A stretch of DNA of 64,000 bases from Dehalococcoidia bacterium (GCA_963662485.1 OY759581.1:1488001-1552000), one strand, 5' to 3'; shown: positions 8,887 to 18,675, numbered from the stretch's first letter. Made by a program: numbers and translations. Notes: generated by a model not told the origin, from the sequence alone.

Positions 8887-11800
8887 CTACACCGAAACCC
8901 TTACCTCTGAATCCCCCGCCGCCAATGCGTTCATGTAGGAGATGATCATTCTGCTGGTTCGGTAGTTTCCGAACTCCTTTTCATCGTCGCGGCGGATGGA
9001 ACTGAACGTGCTGAGGATGTACTCCGCGTCGTCGTTAGAGATGCCGTAGAGGTGGAAGTAGAGCGCGTCCAGTCGTGCGCGCAGGTGCCGACGTTCCTCG
9101 GAGTCCCACTTAAATGGTTGCCCGTTGTATCCGAGATCGTGAGCGAACGGCGCCATGTCGTGCGAGTTGTAAGTTAGGCGGAGGACGTGATCGTAAACGA
9201 TGTCGCGTGCGGTTTTCGATCCGAAACGTCGATCAAGGTCATCGGACGATACGACGGGTATCTGTTCCACGATGTAGAGGTTCAAATGCTGCCCTTGGAT
9301 CTTTTGCCGCGCGATGAAATCGTACGCAAACGAGTTTAGGCAAGCCAACATACACGGCGCATCACGCTGGTACGCTTCAACGTCTTCGTCCGTCGTTAGA
9401 AGCGGAAGGGTGTTTCCGACACCCGATCTTGGGATAGCAGCAGCGATCATTGATCGGCGATTCGTCGGTGCGGTAGCGTCTTTGAACGCGATTGACCAAT
9501 CCAGCCCTCCTCGCCAGTCAAACTCCTCAGTACTGATCCAGAATTGAGGGTCGGATGACCAATCCGGATCGGTTCGTTCTGCCAAAGTGCTTGTGCGTGT
9601 CTGCGCGGGCCGGTTCAGGTTATCGGGATTGACAACCACGCTCGCGGCTCGATGATCGTATGCTTGCACCATTTTCCCTTCGTATAGCGGAAAGAAAATC
9701 TCATTGCCTTTCTGCCATCGGTTACCTGCAACTTTGTAAAACCCGTCATTGTCTAGTTGCTCGCTTGTATGGAAAAGGTGCGAGTCGTTTGTCATGTCAA
9801 TCATGCGGGAGTATCGGACCGGCCAGGCGCGTTGCTCCGCCCCGCTCGAACGATTGACGAGCACTGGGTGGCGCTCGTAGATATCGCGCGTAATCTCGGC
9901 GTCGCGCCGATTGCGGAACACTGGCGCGGTGCCCGTGTTGGGGTTCACGCGTGCGAAATCTTTGGGCGTAAGCGAAAAGCAACGACTGCGATCATTGATC
10001 GTCGCGATGTCGTGCAGGAAGAAGGCGCATTCCGTCGCGCCGGCACGTCGGTCATTCCCGCCAAAGATCAACGCGGTGAACTTGAACCTTGAATCCACAT
10101 CGGGGAAGAAATGCGGTTTGCCGGTTTCCGGCCTGCGATTTTCGAAATCGTACAGGCCGTAGAGTTGACCACCGGTAGAGATCTGCTTGAAGAAACTAGC
10201 AGCGTTCTGATCGCCGTAGATGCCAGATGGGACAAGCAATCCAACGAGCCCTTTACGGTTGACGAGACCAGTTGATCTTTCGACAAATAGCGAATAGAGG
10301 TTTATGTCGCCATGCCCCAACAACGGGTAGTCGCCGGATTTCCTGATGACGTCGCTGAGCCGATCCGCGCGTAGCCGGGCGCGGCTGTACTCGGATCGAA
10401 CAGTCGCGTCCTTATTCGTCAGTTCTCGGATCGCGGCGCGGCGCGCGGCGGCGGTGGTTTGAAGCGCGATTTCGGGTGCCCGCGTCGCGAACCATTCCAC
10501 CTCTTGGAGCTTGATGCGGTCCCAAGGCGGATTACCGATTAAGGCGTCGAAACCGCCCTCAGGATTAATGTCTTGCCATTGGTCCCACACGCCCGGAAAA
10601 GCCGCTTCCCAGTGCAGAAAACGTTCACTCTCCGCCACCATGTTGGCTTGTTTCCAGATTTCGACGAAGGTTTCCCAATCGTTCGAGTCGTTGCCATTCG
10701 CATTCGGTTCGACCCCGTTTGGGCCGCGACTCAACAGGTGATAAGAGCGTTTGGAGTGATCGACGAATGCCTTCTTCACCAACGATTCCATCGATTCCAG
10801 ATCTCGCTTTTTCATCCTCGCCGTCATCCACTTGAAACCGGTCATGAAGTTAAGAACCGCCTTGAGGTCCGCCGTAGATTTTTCTACGCCCGCGAAGAGC
10901 CTTGCCGATTCCTCTACTTCGGAGATGTCAGAATCTGAAATCTCCTCGATCTGCAACATCGATTTGGCGGCATTCTGCGCGCCTTGAACGGCAGAACCGG
11001 CGTGCATCCCGCCTAATCGCTGAAACTCGGCGAGCATGTCGTTGATCCGCACGCCTACGAGCGAGTCGCCACAACGCAGATGGTGGTCGAGGAACGAGAG
11101 CGGTACGCCGACCGTGAAGCTGTGCAACCAGAGCGAGACTTTGGCGAGTTCTACTGTCAAAGGATTTTTGTCGACGCCGTAGATGCACCGCTTGAGCACC
11201 ATGCGACGTATGATCGCCTGATCGGTCAACTGGTTCTCATAGAGTCGCCATCTAAATTTGCGAGCGCGTGCGTGAATCTCCGTGCGGATATTCGCGACCC
11301 GTTCGACCAACGGCGAAACGTATTCTCCGTCAAGCCATTCGGGGACCGAGGCAACGTCCTCAATCAAGTCCGCGACATAATCGGACAGGAAGTCGACAGC
11401 GGTCACTAGGAAGTGTCCACTACCCATCGCGGGGTCTAAAACCTTGAGTTCTAGAATCGCTTCCGCCGGATCAATCTTCTGAAGTTCGGCAAGCCGCTCT
11501 GCCTTCGGTCTTCGGTCGCTCTTGAGCCTATTGGCTTTCGCTTCGAACGCTTTTCGACGCTCCTCAACGAGCGGTTTCACGGTGCGATCAACGATTAGAT
11601 CGACCAGTTCTTGGGGTGTGAAGAAACTGCCGCTGTCTTTGCGCGCGTACGGATTGGGGCGTATCGTAATCGCGCCGTTCGCATCCTGCACCGGTTGCCG
11701 TTCCAGAAGCCGTTCGTAGATCGAGCCAAGTTGCTGAACCGACATGTCGCGGTAGCTGATAAACCGGGGCAAACCCTTGTCACCGTCGGTGTGACTCAAG

Positions 11801-12945
11801 GTGTAGATTATCGGAGCGAGAGTTGTGTCATCGAGGCGAATCTGGCTCAACATCGGCGCAGCTGAGTCTGCGAACAGTCCACCGTTGTAAGGCGGTAGAC
11901 CGATCGAGGTATCGCCGCGGTCGATGATGCGGAAAAGCGTAGTGAGATTGTCGTAATATTTGGTCGCATTCGTTGAGAAATCAACGCCTTCAACCATGTT
12001 TTCGCGGATGTCGTCGCGAAGCAGATGTCTCATGCTGTACGTCAGATACCGTCGGTCTCGGATAGGCAAAAGCTCGCGGTCTTCGGCATATAGAACGAAC
12101 AGGATGCGGTAAAGCAGTATCAAAGCGGCTTCGTGAACTTCCGCGAGGTCTCCCGACGATTCTCTGGCGAGTGCGGTGACGAGGGCCGGGAACACGTCAT
12201 CGAAGACGACACCCGAAACATCTTGCGCAACTTGCTCTTCGTAACGACGCCCTTCCTCTAACGCGTCTTCAAGGAACGTGGTTGTTGCACCGCGACTGGG
12301 AACGAAGCTATTCCGGTTGAATAGCAGATAGAAAATCCGAAGCCGGTCCTCTTCGTCCTTTCTGACGATGTTTTCGAGATTGGTTTCATAGAATGCCGTC
12401 GAACGTGGGCGCGTTCGATTGTCGTAGAGCCGCCACGTAACGCCGTTGGTGAGGATTCCCCATCGGATATTCCCATCAGATTCGACGTCAGCCGCGGACA
12501 GGTACCGAAGAATCTGTCCGTGGGGCGTTCTCCCCCGTCGAGCTTCGTCCGCCGTTTCGCGCACGTCAAGCGGCAGACCGTGACGCTTGCTCTCTTGTAC
12601 GACGGTTGCGTGTCGGAACCTGGCAGACGGCGAGGATTCGGCAGCCGCTCGATTCTTCGCACTCTGATCTTGGAACAATAGATGGTCAGGTATGTCCTCA
12701 CCGCCGGCGACCGACTGTTGCGGCAGGTAGTCACACCAACCCAAAATCTCCAAGACTGGTCGAATCAGTTCTTGTTCCGTCGTCGCCTCGTTTGGCTGAT
12801 CGAACAGATCAATCTTGTTGATCTTGTTCTCGACCGCGTCGCGCAGCTTTTGAAGAACATCGCCATTTTGGAAGGAGTCCTGCCACTCCGTCGACTCCTT
12901 GATGCCTTCGTTGAGGAAATACTCTGTGAACAGTTGCCCGGGCAT
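8887..12945 (-). CDS. type IIG restriction-modification enzyme (fused PD-(D/E)xK nuclease, gamma-class N6-adenine methyltransferase and specificity domain)
   Basis: 1352-aa ORF. The N-terminus carries IPDHLLF...VVQESKR (D...ExK) and WGILTNGVTWRLY. The methyltransferase blocks are GSFFTPQELV, LDPAMGSGHFLV, IYGVDKNPLTVELAKVSLWL, FLDHHLRCGDSLVG and DALIGNPPWDR. The C-terminal third carries LYEGKMVQAYDHR. Confidence 0.85.
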   Translation of the reverse strand: MPGQLFTEYFLNEGIKESTEWQDSFQNGDVLQKLRDAVENKINKIDLFDQPNEATTEQELIRPVLEILGWCDYLPQQSVAGGEDIPDHLLFQDQSAKNRAAAESSPSARFRHATVVQESKRHGLPLDVRETADEARRGRTPHGQILRYLSAADVESDGNIRWGILTNGVTWRLYDNRTRPRSTAFYETNLENIVRKDEEDRLRIFYLLFNRNSFVPSRGATTTFLEDALEEGRRYEEQVAQDVSGVVFDDVFPALVTALARESSGDLAEVHEAALILLYRILFVLYAEDRELLPIRDRRYLTYSMRHLLRDDIRENMVEGVDFSTNATKYYDNLTTLFRIIDRGDTSIGLPPYNGGLFADSAAPMLSQIRLDDTTLAPIIYTLSHTDGDKGLPRFISYRDMSVQQLGSIYERLLERQPVQDANGAITIRPNPYARKDSGSFFTPQELVDLIVDRTVKPLVEERRKAFEAKANRLKSDRRPKAERLAELQKIDPAEAILELKVLDPAMGSGHFLVTAVDFLSDYVADLIEDVASVPEWLDGEYVSPLVERVANIRTEIHARARKFRWRLYENQLTDQAIIRRMVLKRCIYGVDKNPLTVELAKVSLWLHSFTVGVPLSFLDHHLRCGDSLVGVRINDMLAEFQRLGGMHAGSAVQGAQNAAKSMLQIEEISDSDISEVEESARLFAGVEKSTADLKAVLNFMTGFKWMTARMKKRDLESMESLVKKAFVDHSKRSYHLLSRGPNGVEPNANGNDSNDWETFVEIWKQANMVAESERFLHWEAAFPGVWDQWQDINPEGGFDALIGNPPWDRIKLQEVEWFATRAPEIALQTTAAARRAAIRELTNKDATVRSEYSRARLRADRLSDVIRKSGDYPLLGHGDINLYSLFVERSTGLVNRKGLVGLLVPSGIYGDQNAASFFKQISTGGQLYGLYDFENRRPETGKPHFFPDVDSRFKFTALIFGGNDRRAGATECAFFLHDIATINDRSRCFSLTPKDFARVNPNTGTAPVFRNRRDAEITRDIYERHPVLVNRSSGAEQRAWPVRYSRMIDMTNDSHLFHTSEQLDNDGFYKVAGNRWQKGNEIFFPLYEGKMVQAYDHRAASVVVNPDNLNRPAQTRTSTLAERTDPDWSSDPQFWISTEEFDWRGGLDWSIAFKDATAPTNRRSMIAAAIPRSGVGNTLPLLTTDEDVEAYQRDAPCMLACLNSFAYDFIARQKIQGQHLNLYIVEQIPVVSSDDLDRRFGSKTARDIVYDHVLRLTYNSHDMAPFAHDLGYNGQPFKWDSEERRHLRARLDALYFHLYGISNDDAEYILSTFSSIRRDDEKEFGNYRTSRMIISYMNALAAGDSEVRVSV

Positions 12946-13149
12946 GCCTAAACGTTAATCGATTCAGTCAAGAGACGTGGTCGAGATCGGCTGATACGTC
13001 TCGAGGTCGCGCATGTGCTCGATCTCCGCCCAAGCGGGGATTTGGCGGACTTCGTAGTAGTTGCTGGGCAACTTTGGTGCGCGGGTGTGGTCTGGTCGCG
13101 TCGGGTCGGCAGATCGGAGGTCTGCTAGCCCGACGCGATCGACCGGTGG

Positions 13150-14142
13150 TTATTTGTAGAACTCGTCGGTCCAGGCGGTGCTGACGTCGAAGTCTTGGGG
13201 GATGAGGTCGCGGCTCTTCATGTATTCGCCGACGGATTCCCATTGCGATTCGGAGAGAGTGCCGAACTTGCCGTCTTCGCTGTCGAGCCACGCGGGGACT
13301 AGCAGTTCGATGCCGCGCCGGTCTAGCGATTCGCTCGATTCGTCGATGGAGTCCTCGTTGAGCTTGACGAGGATATCAATTCCTCGCTGCCCGTCCTCGG
13401 CGACGTACTCGAAGCCTTTGGTAAAGGCGTTGACGAAGCGTCGCACGACTTCCGGCTTCTCCTCGATCATCTGATCGGAGGTGATGAGCATCATCTCGTA
13501 GTAGCGCGGGACACCGAAATCTTCGGGGTAGATGATTTCGACCGGCATTCCCATATCTTCAAGGACGAACGACTCGTAAGACCAGTAAGCACCAATAACG
13601 GCGTCCATCGTGCCGGCGGCTAGTACCTGTGACAACGCGTATCCAACATCGTGGAGTTCGACGTCGTCCATCGTGAGCCCGTCGTATTCGAGCATCGCTT
13701 CAAGCATGAGTTCGTCCCACTCGATGCCGGGGTATCCGACTTTCTTGCCTTTGAGGTCGGCAGGACGCTTGATGCCGGAGGATTTGAGCGCCATCAGCGA
13801 GTTGATGGGTCTCTGCACTATCGCTCGGACGGCGACGACCGGGACGCCTGCGGCGCGCGCCAGCGTGGTGTCGGTCTGATAGAAGATTCCAAAGTCGCGC
13901 TGCCCTGCGCCGACTAGCTGCGCGATTGCGGCGGCGTCCGCGGGAACGCTTACCTCAACCTCAAGATTCTCTTCCTCAAAATATCCCTGATCGATGGCGA
14001 CGTAGATGCCGGAGTGGTTCGCGTTCGGCGGTGACCAGTCCAACTCTACAGACACTGTCTCGACTTCAGGCTCCGAAGTGCATGCGATCGCGAACGCGAG
14101 CAATGCCACACCAGACAACACAAGACCGATGATCCGTTTCAC
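13150..14142 (-). CDS. ABC transporter substrate-binding lipoprotein, NMT1/THI5 (ThiY-like) family
   Basis: 330-aa ORF with a signal peptide and lipobox (LLAFAIAC). It has the NMT1-like start LDWSPPNANHSGIYVAIDQGYF. It is the last gene of an operon preceded by a TPP riboswitch. Confidence 0.8.
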   Translation of the reverse strand: MKRIIGLVLSGVALLAFAIACTSEPEVETVSVELDWSPPNANHSGIYVAIDQGYFEEENLEVEVSVPADAAAIAQLVGAGQRDFGIFYQTDTTLARAAGVPVVAVRAIVQRPINSLMALKSSGIKRPADLKGKKVGYPGIEWDELMLEAMLEYDGLTMDDVELHDVGYALSQVLAAGTMDAVIGAYWSYESFVLEDMGMPVEIIYPEDFGVPRYYEMMLITSDQMIEEKPEVVRRFVNAFTKGFEYVAEDGQRGIDILVKLNEDSIDESSESLDRRGIELLVPAWLDSEDGKFGTLSESQWESVGEYMKSRDLIPQDFDVSTAWTDEFYK

Positions 14143-14144
14143 TT

Positions 14145-15008
14145 TTATCCTCCTTGGGGTTCAGAACCCGGGTAGTTACGCAAGACTCGCGACTGCAACA
14201 GCGCAATCGAGATGAACATCAACGCGGCCATAAACGAAAGGGTAAATATCGCGGCGAAGACTAGCTCGGTCTGAAACTTGGGAGTTGACGTTTTTATCAA
14301 CCATCCCAGACCAGACGCCGCGCTGACCCACTCCCCGATCACCGCACCGATCACCGACACGACGGCAGCTACCTTTAGACCAGCGAACAGGAACGGCAAC
14401 GCAGACCTCACGTATAGCTTGGTGAACATCTGCCACCGCGATGCGCCGAGCGTGCGGAACATTGCCACCATGTCGGAATCTACCGACTTGAATCCGGTCA
14501 TCAGGTTGATCGTCACTGGGAAAAACGTGAACAACACGACGACGACGATCTTGGGCCCCATGCCGGTGCCGATCCAGATCAACAGCATCGGCGCTAACGT
14601 GAATACCGGTATCGTCTGCGACGCGATCAAGAATGGGTAGACGGACCGCTCAAGCAGTCGAGACCAGAACATCGCGGTTGCCATCAGGCAGGCGAACGTC
14701 GTCGATACAGCGAATCCGATCAGGATTTCCTGTGCCGTAACCGACGCGTGGCGTAAGAACAGCGAGGGTTTGTCGACCAACTCGGCGAGGATCAATGAAA
14801 CGGGCGGCAAGATCCAAGTTTGGACATCTAGCACCCGAACCAAGACCTCCCACAGAACAAGCCCGAGTGCCGCAAGGACCATCGCCGATCCCCAATCGCG
14901 GCCGAAAGACCGCACCCGGACCGCCAAAGTCCGATCCGCAGATTCATCGACAACCGGATCGGCGGTTGTAACCGATTCTGGTGTGTCTTGTCTTGCGCTG
15001 GTAGCCAT
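14145..15008 (-). CDS. ABC transporter permease (NitT/TauT/ThiX-like)
   Basis: Multi-span membrane protein in the tracked frame 14145-15059. I prefer the ATG at 15008, which lies 8 nt after the ATPase stop. A start at 15059 would overlap the ATPase gene by 43 nt. Confidence 0.85.
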   Translation of the reverse strand: MATSARQDTPESVTTADPVVDESADRTLAVRVRSFGRDWGSAMVLAALGLVLWEVLVRVLDVQTWILPPVSLILAELVDKPSLFLRHASVTAQEILIGFAVSTTFACLMATAMFWSRLLERSVYPFLIASQTIPVFTLAPMLLIWIGTGMGPKIVVVVLFTFFPVTINLMTGFKSVDSDMVAMFRTLGASRWQMFTKLYVRSALPFLFAGLKVAAVVSVIGAVIGEWVSAASGLGWLIKTSTPKFQTELVFAAIFTLSFMAALMFISIALLQSRVLRNYPGSEPQGG

Positions 15009-15016
15009 AGTGGAAA

Positions 15017-15883
15017 TCAAGCTTCGGAAGTGCCGTCTAATGCGGAGAGCAACTGCCACTTCAGCTCGACAAATGTCGGTTCGCGCACTACGTCTGCGGG
15101 ACGAGGACGGGGCAGGTCAACGTCCAAATCAAGCAAGATACGCCCCGGACGAGACGACATCACCATCACGCGATCCCCCAGCATCAGCGCCTCTTCGACA
15201 TCGTGCGTGACCATGATCGTCGCCCGGTTTGTGCGGTCGAGAACATCAGATAGCCACCGTTGCAACTCGGCGCGAGTTATCGCGTCTAGCGCTTTGAACG
15301 GCTCGTCTAGCAACAGGACGTCACGCTCCGGCAACACGGCGCGGAGAAGAGCAACGCGTTGTCGCATTCCACCCGAAAGCGTGGCGGGGTAAGCGTCCAG
15401 AAAATCGGCGATACCGAATCGTTCAGCTAGTTCTGCCGCTTTCGATTCCGCCTCTTGGCGCGGCATTCCGGCAATTTCCAATCCGAGAATTGCGTTTGAT
15501 AGCACGTCCCGCCAAGGCAAAAGCAGGTCTAGTTGGTGCATGTAAGCGACGCGGCCCAATCGCTCTGCTTCGGTGTCGCCGCCTAACGCGACCTCACCGC
15601 TATCCGGTTCGATGAGGCCGGCGATGATGTTCAGCAACGTGCTCTTGCCGCACCCGCTCGGTCCGACAATGACGACGAATTCGCCGACATCGACGTTCAG
15701 AGAGACGTTGGATATCGCCTCAAGCGCAGACGCACCCCGTTGCGCGAAGGATTTAGACACTGCACCCACGCCGACGGCGGTCACGGGACGGTCAGGATCG
15801 GTGCTTGCACCAGACGACGTTGCGCTCTCGGAGATCGGTGTGAGAGTTGGTTTCGGGAGTTCCGATGTGGTGGACATCGGCAA
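15017..15883 (-). CDS. ABC transporter ATP-binding protein (ThiZ-like)
   Basis: Carries Walker A (GPSGCGKST), the signature LSGGMRQR and Walker B (LLLDEPF). The start is either TTG at 15883 or ATG at 15877; both lie behind a GGAGGA. Confidence 0.9.
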   Translation of the reverse strand: MPMSTTSELPKPTLTPISESATSSGASTDPDRPVTAVGVGAVSKSFAQRGASALEAISNVSLNVDVGEFVVIVGPSGCGKSTLLNIIAGLIEPDSGEVALGGDTEAERLGRVAYMHQLDLLLPWRDVLSNAILGLEIAGMPRQEAESKAAELAERFGIADFLDAYPATLSGGMRQRVALLRAVLPERDVLLLDEPFKALDAITRAELQRWLSDVLDRTNRATIMVTHDVEEALMLGDRVMVMSSRPGRILLDLDVDLPRPRPADVVREPTFVELKWQLLSALDGTSEA

Positions 15884-15887
15884 TTTA

Positions 15888-15970
15888 TTCCTCCGCTGGC
15901 ATTATCCAGATCAGGTTTTGTGGGTCGGCGGATGCGGTCCGCCCTCTCAGCCCGGCTCTCCGAGCTCCCC
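15888..15970 (-). promoter_or_regulatory. TPP (thiamine pyrophosphate) riboswitch
   Basis: The reverse complement reads CUCGGAGAGCCGGGCUGAGAGGGCGGACCGCAUCCGCCGACCCACAAAACCUGAUCUGGAUAAUGCCAGCGGAGGAAUAAA. The conserved CUGAGA, ACCC and ACCUGAUCUGGAUAAUGCCAGCG blocks are in canonical order, with a GGCGG/CCGCC P3 stem. The 3' end overlaps the SD. Confidence 0.85.
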
Positions 15971-16092
15971 AGTTAAGTTCGAAACATCCCTGAAGCGGTC
16001 TGTGTTAGTCAGTCGATTATATCAATCCCTAGTTCAATCCGTGATCAGTATCGGTTTGCCCATTCTTGACCTCGTCATTACAATGCTTGGGC

Positions 16093-16998
16093 ATGGGAAC
16101 GCCAGACATCGGATCGCGACTGAATTTCGTCCGATCTGTTACGCGTAACTCCGAGCAGATCAACCTCGCCCTCTCTTGCCTCTACATCGCCGCCGAAAGT
16201 GATCGGGGCGTCGACGTGACGAGCTACATGGGGCGTATCAGCGAGATCGCCGAATCGCTCCGCGAGAGCCATCCCGTACGTCGTTCACTGTTCGATTCGC
16301 TCTACGCGATCAACGATTACCTATTCGACCAGTTGGGTTTTCGTGGCAATGTCGGCAACTACTACGACATCCGCAACAGCCTCTTGAGCGAGGTGCTGGA
16401 CCGCAAGACAGGTATCCCGATCACCCTTGCCATCGTCTACATGGAGGTCGGCAAACGGATCGGCGTCCCGCTTGAGGGAGTCAACATGTCCGGACATTTC
16501 CTGCTGTCGGCGGGTGAAGGTGAATCGCTGGTGTTCGTTGATCCGTTCCGCAATGGACGGATTTACTCGCGATGGGAGTGTCTCAAGTTGCTGAGCGGCG
16601 ATGTGGATCCTCCGAACAGTCCCAAGAAGCTGGATAAGTTGGAGAGTGCCCTGTTGCCCCGCGCTGACAACAAGATGATCTTGGCGCGGGTTTTGAACAA
16701 CATGAAGATGATTCACACTCATGCAGGCGACTACCCGGAAGCCATCGCCGCTGCGGAGCGCATCGCCTATGTGATGCCTTGGAACTGGCGCAACATCGGC
16801 GACATCGCCCACTTGCACGGGCGGTCAGGGCAAGCTAGAGACGCGTACGAGATGTTGACGCGCATGGTTCAGATGATGCCGCCGCACGAAGATGTGACGC
16901 TGCAACTCGATTCGCTCCAAAGGCTCAAACCCCTCGCCGAAATCGATGGATTCGTCGATCCGGAGAAAATCCACCAGATACCTTTCTTCCGTATCTAG
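16093..16998 (+). CDS. SirB1-like transglutaminase-fold/TPR protein (UPF0162-like)
   Basis: The tracked ORF starts at TTG 16066 and the first ATG is at 16093. The layout is an N-terminal transglutaminase-like part (TGIPITLAIVYMEVGKRIGVPLEGVNMSGHFL) followed by C-terminal TPR-like helices. Confidence 0.7.
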   Translation: MGTPDIGSRLNFVRSVTRNSEQINLALSCLYIAAESDRGVDVTSYMGRISEIAESLRESHPVRRSLFDSLYAINDYLFDQLGFRGNVGNYYDIRNSLLSEVLDRKTGIPITLAIVYMEVGKRIGVPLEGVNMSGHFLLSAGEGESLVFVDPFRNGRIYSRWECLKLLSGDVDPPNSPKKLDKLESALLPRADNKMILARVLNNMKMIHTHAGDYPEAIAAAERIAYVMPWNWRNIGDIAHLHGRSGQARDAYEMLTRMVQMMPPHEDVTLQLDSLQRLKPLAEIDGFVDPEKIHQIPFFRI

Positions 16999-17065
16999 TC
17001 AAAAGCAGCTCCCGATTAGTGAACTGCGCTCTACGAATTCACGACGATTCTGACAGATATCGGAA

Positions 17066-17644
17066 ATGATCAACTATCAAGAACTCTCCGACCAGGAACT
17101 GCTGGCGGAGATAACGGACCGAAACACTGACGCTTTCGCGGCGCTGTACGACCGCTATGGGAAACGAGTTTTCGGTCTCTCAGCGAGAATCCTCAACGAC
17201 GCGGTCAAATCCGAGGAAGTGACGCAAGATGTGTTCCTCCGGGTGTGGCGTCGCGGGCACACCTACATGCCGGACAAGGGCAAGTTCACGACTTGGCTGT
17301 TCCGCATCGCGCACAATCGCACCATCGACGAGTTGCGGAAACTCAAACGCGACAAGTCGAGGTTCAGCGATGACATCACCGAGCGATGGGACCTCGAGTC
17401 GGACGACATCTCGCCCCCAGACGCCGCGGTCGCCAACTCGGAGTATGAGCAGGTGCGCGCCGCGCTGAAGGTGTTGCCGGAACCGCAACGGCAAGTCGTC
17501 TATCTCTCGTATTTCAAGGGCATGACGCAAACGCAGATTGCGGAATCGACGGGTCAACCGCTCGGCACGGTCAAAACACGTATGCGGTTGGCACTCAAGA
17601 AACTCCGTGTTGCGCTCGACAAAGAGATCTACGGCGACGAATGA
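17066..17644 (+). CDS. ECF-type RNA polymerase sigma-70 factor
   Basis: 192-aa ORF. Region 2 contains FTTWLFRIAHNRTIDELR and region 4 contains QRQVVYLSYFKGMTQTQIAESTGQPLGTVKTRMRLAL. Confidence 0.9.
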   Translation: MINYQELSDQELLAEITDRNTDAFAALYDRYGKRVFGLSARILNDAVKSEEVTQDVFLRVWRRGHTYMPDKGKFTTWLFRIAHNRTIDELRKLKRDKSRFSDDITERWDLESDDISPPDAAVANSEYEQVRAALKVLPEPQRQVVYLSYFKGMTQTQIAESTGQPLGTVKTRMRLALKKLRVALDKEIYGDE

Positions 17645-18675
17645 CAATCATGCGGTCTCAATTCAGCGACGAACAACGTCAATCGATCATCGACGATATC
17701 CCAGCTTACGCCTTGGGCGCGCTCGATGAAGATGCGGTGCGTCTAGTCGAGGAACTTGTGGCGGACGACACGGACGCGGCTCTCGAACTTGCCGAGATGT
17801 TGGAGACCGTCGGTGAGGTCTCGGCTCGGGTTGGTGCAGCAACACCACCCGATTCTCTGCGCGCGAACCTGATGTCGAAAGTGCGCGGCGAGGCCGGCGT
17901 TTCGGAGCAAGCGATGGCGTACTCCGCGCTCGTATCCCACATCGAAAAGCGAATCGCGAGCGATGAAGTTGAGGATCAGGCTGAGCGCGTCAGCATTTGG
18001 GAACGGGTCAGCGGGATGGTGACGGCTGGGCGGTTGGCGTTTGCCACTTCGCTCGCGTCATTCGCGATCGTCGGCATCATGGCTTTGCAACTCGGCGCGG
18101 ACAACGTTGAATTGAACCGCAAAATCGCTGATATGCAAAGCGAAGTGAACGCGGCGAACGCGTACACCCAAGACATGATCGACGACATGTCATCGGCTCA
18201 GCAACTCTTGACGCAGGCGCACGACCGCATCTCGAGGCAGGACGAGGAAATCGTTCGAATGTCGACGGTGAACGATGCGTTGCGCGCCTCAATGAACGAT
18301 CAGCTGAGTCTCACTTACGCTACTCTTCGCAACGAGTACCAGAGTCCGGATTGGCAACCAGACGCGACGATGTCGCAAGACGGATACGCCTATCTGCTTG
18401 AGCATCAATACCAGCCGGTAGGCGCGCTAGTCATCGGCGGCGTCGAAAAAGCACCTCCGGGAGAGGAATATCGACTGTATCTGATCGGTGACGCGGACGT
18501 GCCCCCCGACTACGTAGCCTCGTTCAACATGAATGAGGCCGGATACGGCACGATCCTTTTCGAATTGCCATCGGCACTTAGCGATTACAACGGCGCGCAT
18601 ATCACCCGCGAACGCATCACGGATCCGCCCGATCCATCGTTAGCGGCGCCCGAAAATCGCTTCAAACCGCAATAG
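17641..18675 (+). CDS. anti-sigma factor (RskA-like, single transmembrane helix)
   Basis: Its start overlaps the sigma gene stop in an ATGA overlap. It has an N-terminal IPAYALGALDEDA motif, a TM helix (LAFATSLASFAIVGIMAL) and a C-terminal RskA-like YRLYLIGD block. No HxxxCxxC zinc motif is present. Confidence 0.7.
   Translation: MTIMRSQFSDEQRQSIIDDIPAYALGALDEDAVRLVEELVADDTDAALELAEMLETVGEVSARVGAATPPDSLRANLMSKVRGEAGVSEQAMAYSALVSHIEKRIASDEVEDQAERVSIWERVSGMVTAGRLAFATSLASFAIVGIMALQLGADNVELNRKIADMQSEVNAANAYTQDMIDDMSSAQQLLTQAHDRISRQDEEIVRMSTVNDALRASMNDQLSLTYATLRNEYQSPDWQPDATMSQDGYAYLLEHQYQPVGALVIGGVEKAPPGEEYRLYLIGDADVPPDYVASFNMNEAGYGTILFELPSALSDYNGAHITRERITDPPDPSLAAPENRFKPQ

Noticed and set aside
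8887-12945. Compositional (GC) evidence that both R-M genes are horizontally acquired.
   Set aside because: I hand-counted only four 60-nt lines: 52% in each R-M gene, against 55% and 63% in the flanks. The difference is too small and the sample too thin to claim. A proper windowed calculation is needed.
12964-13149. 62-codon open frame continuing in frame after the TAA stop of the ThiY-like gene and ending 18 nt before the R-M gene start (..PKLPSNYYEVRQIPAWAEIEHMRDLETYQPISTTSLD).
   Set aside because: The only in-frame starts are a TTG (35 aa) and an ATG (16 aa). There is no SD, and I recognised no family. It could be a relic or a small leader peptide, but I cannot support it as a feature.
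17019-17045. ECF-type promoter candidate GTGAAC-N17-CGAC upstream of the sigma factor gene.
   Set aside because: It is a pattern match to a loose consensus only, and no matching element was found upstream of the presumed target genes at 18676-18794. The support is too weak to list it as a feature.
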